This document shows positions 7,734 through 14,950 of a DNA stretch of 15,851 bases, piece after piece. Below the pieces are notes generated by a model. It saw only the letters and a list, made by a program, of their open reading frames with translations, was not told the origin of the DNA and ran no database searches. Position numbers and translations under genes: made by a program. The first letter of the stretch is position 1. Each line of letters opens with the position of its first letter. The stretch comes from Pyrinomonadaceae bacterium. GTDB taxonomy: Bacteria; Acidobacteriota; Blastocatellia; Pyrinomonadales; Pyrinomonadaceae. The stretch lies in the NCBI GenBank assembly GCA_049593215.1, contig JBAWGU010000619.1, forward strand, positions 1 through 15,851. Reading direction: 5' to 3'.

Positions 7734-7743
7734 AGATATATCT
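7734..7743. promoter_or_regulatory. Perfect 10-bp palindrome AGATATATCT in the AT-rich 189-bp divergent region between the DUF4258 operon and the kinase gene. Candidate operator.
   Basis: Read directly. The sequence is its own reverse complement. It lies about 60 bp upstream of the minus-strand operon start. Confidence 0.3.
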
Positions 7744-7869
7744 TATAGCATGTGACAACAAGGAGAACGACAACTTCGACCCGCTGATTTGAGTCGGAGT
7801 TAGAATCTTGTCAGGCGTAAACTCACTTTAAAGAAATATGCTCTGGCATTCAAAATTTAGAAGGCTCAA

Positions 7870-9924
7870 ATGGAATTAACTCACTTAATCGGTCAGACGC
7901 TTGATGAAAAGTATCTGATTGAAAGCGAACTTGGCAGAGGCGGCATGGGCGCTGTCTATCTGGCGATGCACGTCGGGACGGACAGGCCCGTCGCGCTCAA
8001 AGTTATTGCGCCGCAGTTCATGGAGCACGCGGAGTTTGTCGAAAGGTTCAGGCGCGAGGCGCGTGCGGCGGGTCGTTTGCGTCATCCGAACGTGGTTGAC
8101 GTGACGGATTTCGGTTTCGCGCGCGTCGGTCAGGAGCGCGTCGCTTATCTGGTGATGGAATACCTGGACGGCTGCACGCTGGCGGAGGTGCTGGCGGAAG
8201 AGTCGCGCCTGCCGCTTGAGTGGGTGGTGGATATTCTTGAACAGACCTGCTCGGCTCTGGACGAAGCGCACCGTCAGGGCATCATCCATCGTGATTTGAA
8301 ACCGGATAACATCTGGCTTGAGCCTAATCACAGAGGCGGCTATACGGTCAAAGTTTTAGACTTCGGAATCGCCAAGCTCGCAGATTCAGCCGAGATTGCG
8401 TCCGCACAAGCTGCAAACGTCTCTACTTCCGCAAGCGCATCCTCTATCGCTTTAGCTCAGGAATTACCAACGCTGATAACGAACGCGCGCGTGGCAGACG
8501 AGAAGGCCATGAGCGCAGCCGCAGATTCTTCGTCGAGCCATACTGCGAAAGAGGCGGCGCGCGAAACAGAGCTTACAGAGTCTGACACGCTGGCGCTTCC
8601 AAACGCATCCGCAGGTGTGGACCTCTCAGAAGCAGCCACGCAAATACAGCAGAGCGCGAGCGAAACCGACCGAACGCGCATCCTTGAGCATCGCACAACG
8701 GGTGATCAGCAGCGCGCTTTGAGCACAGCCTCTACCGACGGACTGACGCGTGTCGGCGCGACGCTCGGCACTCCTTTCTACATGTCGCCCGAACAGTGGC
8801 GCGGCGAAACCTTAGACACGCGCGCGGACATCTACAGCCTCGGCGTTATAGCCTACCAGATGCTCTCAGGCCAGACTCCCTTCAAGGGAGATTTCGCCAC
8901 CGTCAGGCGGCAACATCAGGAAGAGCCGCCACCGCCGCTTAAGGAGAAGCGTGTTCCAAAAAAAGTCGAGCAGGCGGTTATGTCTGCGCTCTCCAAGAGT
9001 CCTGATGAGCGACCTGCTAACGCGGGAGCGTTCGCCAGCGCATTGCGCGCCAACTCCGAAGGCGCGGCCATTCTGCTGCGCCGCGCGATTGCACTCTACA
9101 GCGAGCACCTGCCTGTCTTCCTGCGCTTAGTGCTGCTCGTCTATATTCCTTTGTTCATCGTCAACGTCCTGCAATTAAGCTTCAACATTGCGGAGGCGCG
9201 CGGGCTGGTTTCTAAAAACGCGGCTCTCATCACTGGCAGCATTTTACTCTCATTGCTTCAGGTGCTCTGCGCCTTCGTTACGGCAGCAGTCGTCATCGGC
9301 ATCACCACGCGCCTCGTGACGCAACTCCTCGCCGCGCCGCTTCGTCCGATTCAGCTTCGCACAGCTTTCGCCGCTCTCAGGAAGCGGCTCAAACCTTTTT
9401 TCGGAACGACTCTCATGGTCAGTCTCTTAACGATGATAGGAATGATTCTGTTAGTCATTCCCGGACTCTACATGATGGTCCACTATTCGATGGTGACGCC
9501 GACAGTGATGATGGAAGACACAAAAGGGCGCGCGGCCTTAAGACGCTCGAAGACGCTGGTGAAAAGGTCAAGGCGCACAGTCATCTTTATTGTCTTCATC
9601 CAATTCTTCATGCCGATTATGTCTGCGGGGGTGCTGGCTTTTCTCGTTATCTCGCTCATCAAAATGCTCCACCTGCAAGGCGGCCAGGCGCATCTCTTCG
9701 GCAACATCTATCAAATCGTTTCATTTCCCATCAACGCGCTGATTCTTTCCTTTAGCGCAGTCATCACCGCTTTGCTGTACCTGAAAACGCGGCAGGCAGG
9801 CGGCGAGACTCTCACAGAAGCTCTCGGACAGTTTGAAGATGAAGAGCTGCCGCGCCGCAACTGGCAACTGCGTATGCGCGAGCGCCTTCATACGACTGTC
9901 AGACAAACCCGGCACACGACTTGA
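7870..9924 (+). CDS. Hanks-type Ser/Thr protein kinase (684 aa) with a giant activation-segment insertion and a C-terminal polytopic membrane domain.
   Basis: The kinase motifs are GRGGMGAVY, ALKVI, HRDLKPDN, DFGIAK at aa 164-169 and GTPFYMSPEQ at aa 300-309. About 130 low-complexity Ser/Ala/Thr/acidic residues lie between DFG and the P+1/APE region. Residues from about 400 to 670 form about six hydrophobic helices. The ATG at 7870-7872 has GAAGG upstream. The stop is TGA at 9922-9924. Confidence 0.9.
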   Translation: MELTHLIGQTLDEKYLIESELGRGGMGAVYLAMHVGTDRPVALKVIAPQFMEHAEFVERFRREARAAGRLRHPNVVDVTDFGFARVGQERVAYLVMEYLDGCTLAEVLAEESRLPLEWVVDILEQTCSALDEAHRQGIIHRDLKPDNIWLEPNHRGGYTVKVLDFGIAKLADSAEIASAQAANVSTSASASSIALAQELPTLITNARVADEKAMSAAADSSSSHTAKEAARETELTESDTLALPNASAGVDLSEAATQIQQSASETDRTRILEHRTTGDQQRALSTASTDGLTRVGATLGTPFYMSPEQWRGETLDTRADIYSLGVIAYQMLSGQTPFKGDFATVRRQHQEEPPPPLKEKRVPKKVEQAVMSALSKSPDERPANAGAFASALRANSEGAAILLRRAIALYSEHLPVFLRLVLLVYIPLFIVNVLQLSFNIAEARGLVSKNAALITGSILLSLLQVLCAFVTAAVVIGITTRLVTQLLAAPLRPIQLRTAFAALRKRLKPFFGTTLMVSLLTMIGMILLVIPGLYMMVHYSMVTPTVMMEDTKGRAALRRSKTLVKRSRRTVIFIVFIQFFMPIMSAGVLAFLVISLIKMLHLQGGQAHLFGNIYQIVSFPINALILSFSAVITALLYLKTRQAGGETLTEALGQFEDEELPRRNWQLRMRERLHTTVRQTRHTT

Positions 9925-9969
9925 ACTGTGTGGAGATGACCGCAGGCGTTGGCCTTTTTGAGAGAGGTC

Positions 9970-9999
9970 TTGTTAGTTAATTGCAAGCGAGACTAGAAT
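9970..9999 (+). promoter_or_regulatory. Candidate sigma70-type promoter TTGTTA-N18-TAGAAT upstream of the DUF2281 gene.
   Basis: ttgtta is at 9970-9975 and tagaat at 9994-9999. AAGGAG at 10008-10013 is followed by the ATG at 10024. Confidence 0.3.
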
Positions 10000-10023
10000 G
10001 GTTTGTGAAGGAGATATAGACCG

Positions 10024-10269
10024 ATGTCAACGGAAGTCGAACAATCCATTTTAGAGAAAATCAAAGCTTTGCCGCCTGAGCAGCAACGCGAGGTCTTAAA
10101 CTTTATAGAGCAGCTAGAGGCGCAGGATAAGGCTAATCCAAAGACGATCTGGGAAGAGATTAGAGAGATTAGTGACAGCGCGCCTGAAGGGACTTGGGAT
10201 AATGTGCCAACCGACGGTTCTATCAACGTAGATCATTATTTGTATGGAGCGCCGAAGAAACAATCGTGA
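10024..10269 (+). CDS. DUF2281-type antitoxin-like protein (81 aa).
   Basis: MSTEVEQSILEKIKALPPEQQREVLNFIEQLEA and the C-terminal VDHYLYGAPKK fit the DUF2281 pattern (LPxxxQxEVLdFveFL ... HDHYLYGxPK). Such proteins are usually encoded with PIN-domain (VapC) toxins. The gene is AT-rich. Its stop shares the GTGA tetranucleotide with the next start. Confidence 0.6.
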   Translation: MSTEVEQSILEKIKALPPEQQREVLNFIEQLEAQDKANPKTIWEEIREISDSAPEGTWDNVPTDGSINVDHYLYGAPKKQS

Positions 10270-10328
10270 ACAAGATTTTTGTGGACACCCAATATTGGAT
10301 TACTCTCATCAATCAGAAAATTCAAAGG
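10266..10328 (+). pseudogene. Truncated PIN-domain (VapC-like) toxin remnant. Only about the first 19 codons are recognisable.
   Basis: The GTG at 10266 overlaps the DUF2281 stop, the classic TA 4-bp overlap. It encodes MNKIFVDTQYWITLINQKI, which matches the canonical PIN N-terminus (xIFVDTsawIaLLnkkDq) with the first catalytic Asp. After about codon 19 the frame reads non-PIN sequence (RLPHPPLKPSNTER...) and runs into the next gene. The other two frames hit stops immediately. Confidence 0.4.
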
Positions 10329-10371
10329 CTTCCGCATCCTCCTCTAAAACCTTCAAACACTGAAAGGCTAT

Positions 10372-11766
10372 TTGATGAACCGCACAGCGCGAAGCCTGCT
10401 CATCGTTGCCATCACTCTCTTCTCTTCAACGCTTGCACAAGCAGATAGAGTTGACGATTTTGTTCGCGCGCGCCTGAGTGAGCAGCACATTCCGGGCGCG
10501 GCTGTCGCTGTCATTTACAACGGCAGACTGGTCAGGGCGCAGGGCTACGGGCTGGCGGATGTCGAGTTGAATGTGCCTGCAACGAAAGAGACTGTGTTTG
10601 AGATTGGCTCTGTGACGAAGCAGTTTACGGCGAGCGCCGTGATGATGCTCGTGCAGGAAGGCAAGATTAATCTTGATGACAGGATCAGCAAATATCTTCC
10701 TCCGGTTCCGCAAGCGTGGAATGAGATTACTGTGAGGCAGTTGCTCACGCACACTTCCGGCATCAGAAACTACACGGGCTTGAGCGGTTTTGAGTTGTCG
10801 AAACACTTGAAGCAGGAAGAGTTCATCAAGACGATTGCGGCATATCCGCTGGATTTTCCGCCGGGCGAGCGTTGGTCCTACAGCAACACGGGCTACAGCC
10901 TGCTCGGGATGATTATTGAAAAGGCGAGCGGGCAAACTTACTGGGACTTCATGCGCCGGAAAATCTTTCGACCGCTCGGTATGAACTCGACTACGGATCG
11001 CGACCCGAAAACGATCATCAGGAATCGCGCAGCAGGTTACGAGTGGGTCAACGGCGCGCTCGAACACCGCGACACGGATTTCACAGACCTCACCTCGGCG
11101 GGCGCAATCGTCTCAACCGTGCTCGATCTTGCGAAATGGGAAGCCGCGCTCGATAGCGGGACGCTGTTGCCAAAGAGCATTCAGGACCAGATGTGGATTC
11201 CGGTTAAGCTCAGCAAGGGCGATGCGTATCCTTACGGCTTAGGCTGGAACATAGAGAGCCTGCTCGGCCATCGCGTCATACGGCACGGCGGATTGACGGC
11301 AGGTTTTTCAGCCACCTTCACGCGCTACGTTGACGATCATCTCACCATTATCATTCTCTGCAATCTCGGTGATGCAAGTCTTAACAGCCGCATCGGTCGC
11401 GGCATCGCGCGCTTCTACGTCCCCGCGCTCTCGATGGATTCTATAACTGCGAGCGCAGACAACGATGAGCAAACGACCATTGCGCTCAAGAATGAGTTGA
11501 ACCGGATTCTTAAGGACGAGCCGACCCTTGAGATGTACACGCCGGAGAAACGCGCAACGCTCTCGACGGACGCTTTCAAATCAACAGCCGAGCGCCTCGC
11601 CGCTTACGGCCCTGTTCGCTCTTTCAAGTTTCTTAAAGAAGAGAAGGAAGATAAGAGACGCGCTCGCCTTTATCGAGTTGCGCTCGGCCAGCACACGCTC
11701 TATCTAAGATTTGCTTTAACGGAAGATGGCAAGCTGGCGGATTTCATTATCGAGGAAGAGCAATAA
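10372..11766 (+). CDS. Secreted serine hydrolase of the class C beta-lactamase / peptidase S12 fold (464 aa) with a C-terminal accessory domain of about 100 aa.
   Basis: The signal peptide is MMNRTARSLLIVAITLFSSTLAQA. The SxxK motif is SVTK in FEIGSVTKQF. YSN appears in WSYSNTGYSLLG. An HGG triad in RHGGLTAG replaces KTG. The stop is TAA at 11764-11766. Confidence 0.85.
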   Translation: MMNRTARSLLIVAITLFSSTLAQADRVDDFVRARLSEQHIPGAAVAVIYNGRLVRAQGYGLADVELNVPATKETVFEIGSVTKQFTASAVMMLVQEGKINLDDRISKYLPPVPQAWNEITVRQLLTHTSGIRNYTGLSGFELSKHLKQEEFIKTIAAYPLDFPPGERWSYSNTGYSLLGMIIEKASGQTYWDFMRRKIFRPLGMNSTTDRDPKTIIRNRAAGYEWVNGALEHRDTDFTDLTSAGAIVSTVLDLAKWEAALDSGTLLPKSIQDQMWIPVKLSKGDAYPYGLGWNIESLLGHRVIRHGGLTAGFSATFTRYVDDHLTIIILCNLGDASLNSRIGRGIARFYVPALSMDSITASADNDEQTTIALKNELNRILKDEPTLEMYTPEKRATLSTDAFKSTAERLAAYGPVRSFKFLKEEKEDKRRARLYRVALGQHTLYLRFALTEDGKLADFIIEEEQ

Positions 11767-12781
11767 GCCACCGCTTCAATTTCGGGAGACTCAATCTCTC
11801 GCCGTGCCAGACGCAATTCATCAAACCGCCCGCCGCGCACAACGTCGCGTGGTAATTAGCATAAACATCTTCCGCATCGGTATCGCCCCACGTACCGTCA
11901 GCATTCTGTTTTGAGAGCAGGTATTTCATCGCTGCGTGAATCAAGCGGTGATCGTCTTCCATCCCGAAAGACTTCAGCGTGTCAACAATCTCGCCGACCA
12001 TCTCAGGGTCATCCAACGCTATCGCTTCCTTCAGATTAGCTTTCAGAAACGAGAACTCCTGCGGCAGCCATTCAGGTGAGAGACGATATTTATCGTAATC
12101 GTTGAGCGTATAGACGACATGCGTGATGGCGTAAACGGTATCGTAAAATTCAGGGTGGGAAGGTTTTCCGCTCGCGCGGTAGGGGCGCATCACGGGCAGC
12201 CATTTGAGCGTCTCACTGTAGCTTGCGCCCAAACTAACGCCGTAGCAAGTGGCAATGTATGTTCTGATGAGGGCGTCATACCAGACGGCGTAGCGCGTCA
12301 TCATCTTCAGACGCTTTTTGCACCGGCGGCAAACCTTGCGCCCGCGCTTATTCCATAGGCCGCACTTGCATTGTTCCGGCACATCGCGCGGCGGCGGTTC
12401 GACTGCCGGATCAAACGACAGGTAATCGCTCACCGGAAACTTTAGCGCAGCGCGCCGCAGTCGCTCTTTAATTTTATTGTCGGGTAAGCCCAGCCGGTCA
12501 GCAGTGTCGTTGCCAAAGATGAGGTCGTAAATAGTTTCGGCGTCTGCGTCGGCAGGGATTTTGGGATTATCCAGACGCCACTGCCTTGCGCGCTCCTTGC
12601 CCATTTTGCGCGCCACGCGTCGCAGCTCGGCATTCTTATCTCTGGTGGCAATGAAGTGGAACCAGTAGGTGAGGTCGCTGCCGCACTCGGCGAAGTTCTC
12701 CGGGTTGCAGGCAAAGCTGTAGAGGAAGTCAACGCCGCGCCGTACCGCCAACTCACGATCTGTCAACTTCCCTGTTCGCAT
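11747..12781 (-). CDS. Hypothetical protein (344 aa) with an internal Cys cluster (CxC-x10-CxxC) and a C-terminal QxxDGxWG-type motif of the kind seen in prenyltransferase / terpene-cyclase alpha-toroid repeats.
   Basis: I place the start at the ATG at 12781..12779 (MRTGKLTDRELAV...). The longest ORF starts at 13036 but would overlap the upstream ABC1 gene and the repeat element. CKCGLWNKRGRKVCRRCKK is at aa 138-156. AMKYLLSKQNADGTWGD is at aa 285-300. The 3' end overlaps the convergent hydrolase gene by 20 bp. Confidence 0.55.
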   Translation of the reverse strand: MRTGKLTDRELAVRRGVDFLYSFACNPENFAECGSDLTYWFHFIATRDKNAELRRVARKMGKERARQWRLDNPKIPADADAETIYDLIFGNDTADRLGLPDNKIKERLRRAALKFPVSDYLSFDPAVEPPPRDVPEQCKCGLWNKRGRKVCRRCKKRLKMMTRYAVWYDALIRTYIATCYGVSLGASYSETLKWLPVMRPYRASGKPSHPEFYDTVYAITHVVYTLNDYDKYRLSPEWLPQEFSFLKANLKEAIALDDPEMVGEIVDTLKSFGMEDDHRLIHAAMKYLLSKQNADGTWGDTDAEDVYANYHATLCAAGGLMNCVWHGERLSLPKLKRWLIALPR

Positions 12782-12820
12782 GAGCGAATTATAACTTATG
12801 CGAATCAAGAGTAGGACTCT

Positions 12821-12920
12821 CTTTGCGACCTTTGCGAAAAACCTTTTTGCGCCCTTTGCGGTTAAACTTGAGCTTAAACGCAAAGGGCGCAAAGGCGAAG
12901 ACGACAAGGAGCGCAAAGGG
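12821..12920. repeat. Palindromic intergenic element, copy 2 (GCAAAGG-unit arms).
   Basis: The left arm is ctttgcgacctttgcgaaaaacctttttgcgccctttgcg (12821-12860). The loop is gttaaacttgagcttaaa. The right arm is cgcaaagggcgcaaaggcgaagacgacaaggagcgcaaaggg (12879-12920). The innermost 15 bp pair perfectly and the outer units are degenerate. It lies between the ABC1 stop and the hypothetical gene start. Confidence 0.7.
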
Positions 12921-12965
12921 AATCCGCTATCAGCTAATCTCTTATCAACGCTTGATTCGCCTAAC

Positions 12966-14762
12966 TTACTTTTCCAGATACATCTTCGCGGCCATCTTCG
13001 CCAGCTTCCACATCTTGCTCCACTCGATGCGCCCATCGCTGTCGCGGCCCGTGAGTTTGTCCAGCACGAGCCGACGAAACTGCTTGCCTTCTCGACGAAG
13101 CATAAACTCTTTGGCGTAAGGCTTGGCCGTGTCGAAGAAACTAAACTCAGGGTCTGTGACGATGCCTATGCCTTCCAAAGTCAGCAGCGCGCGCATGATG
13201 TAGGTGAAGTTGGCGGGAAGACGGAAAGGATAGTCGTACATCACTTCCGCCAGATCGTAAGTCAACTCTTTGAAGTTCACTTCGCCAAGCTTCAGGTTCA
13301 GGTAATGCTGGAAGAGTCCCTCTATCACAGGCCGCACCTGCTCAGGGTCAACGCTCGGCTTCAGAAAATTCAGGTTGATTAAGTCCTGCGCCAGCCCGTG
13401 AATGTCTTTGCTGACGACGTGAAAGAAAGCGTCAATCATCAGAGATTGCAGGCGCGGCGTGATGCGGCCCGTCATTCCGAAATCGAAGAAGGCAAGATGC
13501 CCGCTATCCATCACCAGAAGATTTCCGGGATGCGGGTCTGCGTGAAAGAAGCCATCTTCGAGCAACTGCTTCAGGTAGGTGCGTATGAGCAGGCGATTGA
13601 CTTTCACCGGAGAGATACGGCGAGCGCGCAAAGCTTCGATGTCCGTGACCTTCGTGCCGCGCATGAACTCCATCGTGAGGACATGCTCCGTCGTGTTGGA
13701 CCAGTAAATTTTCGGAACGCGAATCGCGCGCCAGTCTTTGAAATTCGCGCGGAAGGCATCTGCGTTGCGCGCTTCCTGCACGTAGTCCATCTCTTCAAAG
13801 ATGGTCTCGGTAAACTCTCGCAGCATCCCGTCCCAGTCGGCATTCTCCTGAGCCTGCGGGAAGAAGCGATTAACTGCGCGCACGATCTCGTGAAGGATTG
13901 AGATGTCAAAGCTGACTTTCTCTTTCAGGTTCGGGCGTTGAACTTTGACCGCAACCTCTTCGCCCGTATGCAGCCGCGCGCGATAAACCTGTCCCAGAGA
14001 GGCTGCGGCAACCGGCTCGGCATCAATCTCAACAAAAACTTCCTGCACCGTGCGCCCAAGCTCCGCCTCTATGCGCGCGAACGCTTCGGCGGTCGGAAAC
14101 GCAGGCACTTGATCTTGCAGCAACGCAAGCTCTTTGACATACGCGAGCGGCAGCAGGTCGCCGCGCGTGCCGAGCGCCTGACCGATCTTGATGAAGGTCG
14201 GGCCGAGCTTGATGAGATGCTCTTTGAGCCAGCGTCCCTGCTTTTCCAGCCGCTCCTCTTTGCTTGCGCCCTGCGCGCCGCGAAAGATGAAGTAGCGCGC
14301 AAGCCGCGTCAGCTTATCAAGCGCGCGACGGTCAACGTCACGGCTCCATTCCTGAAAGAGCGCAACGCGCCCGCGCGCCCTTGCCTTTTCACGAAGACGA
14401 ACGGCGACGCGGCGGTTGAAGTTGTAACGAATGTCGTAGCCGTCAAGGTAGAGATAGAAGGAAAGCATTCCGAGCACGCGCCCAATCCGTGCCGCATGAA
14501 GCCAACCGCGCAGCCCGTGCCCTTTAATGCTCAAATCTTCACGGTCAGCCTCTTCCGTGTGCTTGCCCGACAACAGCACCAAAGGAGTCTCAGCACCCGT
14601 CCCTTTTTTAACGCTCACAGGCAACGCCTCAACACGCGTTGCATGTTCGTTGCCGCCAGACACAGACTTACCATGACGGCCATTGCCGTTCGCCTTCAAA
14701 ACCAAAGCTTGATTGTTTTCTACTGTTGCCATCAAATTATAAATACGAATAAAACATCGCAA
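12966..14762 (-). CDS. ABC1/UbiB-family atypical protein kinase (598 aa).
   Basis: LIKLGPTFIKIGQALGTRGDLLP, AASLGQVYRARLHTGEEVAVKVQRP, FHADPHPGNLLV and FFDFGM are hallmark ABC1 (aarF/UbiB) motifs. The ATG at 14762 has AGGA 5 nt upstream. Confidence 0.9.
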   Translation of the reverse strand: MRCFIRIYNLMATVENNQALVLKANGNGRHGKSVSGGNEHATRVEALPVSVKKGTGAETPLVLLSGKHTEEADREDLSIKGHGLRGWLHAARIGRVLGMLSFYLYLDGYDIRYNFNRRVAVRLREKARARGRVALFQEWSRDVDRRALDKLTRLARYFIFRGAQGASKEERLEKQGRWLKEHLIKLGPTFIKIGQALGTRGDLLPLAYVKELALLQDQVPAFPTAEAFARIEAELGRTVQEVFVEIDAEPVAAASLGQVYRARLHTGEEVAVKVQRPNLKEKVSFDISILHEIVRAVNRFFPQAQENADWDGMLREFTETIFEEMDYVQEARNADAFRANFKDWRAIRVPKIYWSNTTEHVLTMEFMRGTKVTDIEALRARRISPVKVNRLLIRTYLKQLLEDGFFHADPHPGNLLVMDSGHLAFFDFGMTGRITPRLQSLMIDAFFHVVSKDIHGLAQDLINLNFLKPSVDPEQVRPVIEGLFQHYLNLKLGEVNFKELTYDLAEVMYDYPFRLPANFTYIMRALLTLEGIGIVTDPEFSFFDTAKPYAKEFMLRREGKQFRRLVLDKLTGRDSDGRIEWSKMWKLAKMAAKMYLEK

Positions 14763-14838
14763 TCCTGTCTCGATTTCAAATCACAAGTCTCAAGACTTGA
14801 ATCTGAGGATTAACATTGGACGGAAATATGCGGTAATG

Positions 14839-14931
14839 GTTCACGCAAAGGCGCAAAGACGACCGCGAAGACGTTGAGAGCCTTGCTATCCCTGCGTGCT
14901 TTTCTTTGCGTCTTTGCGCCTTTGCGTGAAC
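14839..14931. repeat. Palindromic intergenic element, copy 3, with perfect 23-bp inverted arms.
   Basis: gttcacgcaaaggcgcaaagacg at 14839-14861 is perfectly complementary to cgtctttgcgcctttgcgtgaac at 14909-14931. The loop is 47 bp. It lies between the ribF stop and the ABC1 start. No T-tract follows on the minus strand, so it is not a canonical terminator. Confidence 0.8.
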
Positions 14932-14950
14932 TATTTGGTCCATCATTAAC

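Noticed and set aside
9925-9960. Possible terminator after the kinase gene (ggcctttttg).
   Set aside because: The T-run is not preceded by a convincing GC-rich stem. The segments ccgcaggcg and cgttggcc are not complementary.
9993-10226. 77-aa minus-strand ORF.
   Set aside because: It is antisense to the DUF2281 antitoxin gene and has no ribosome-binding site or motifs.
12798-14813. Plus-strand ORFs 12798..13382 (194 aa), 12823..13119, 13398..13901 (167 aa) and 13938..14813 (291 aa).
   Set aside because: All lie antisense to the well-supported ABC1 kinase gene or inside repeat element 2. The compositions are Arg/Ala/Leu-rich with no motifs, as expected of shadow ORFs in GC-rich DNA.
14763-14950. 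Possible FMN riboswitch or intrinsic terminator between ribF and the ABC1 gene.
   Set aside because: ribF is not normally riboswitch-controlled. I found no conserved FMN-aptamer-like sequence. The large hairpin at 14839-14931 lacks a downstream U-tract on the transcribed strand, so I call it a repeat element rather than a terminator.
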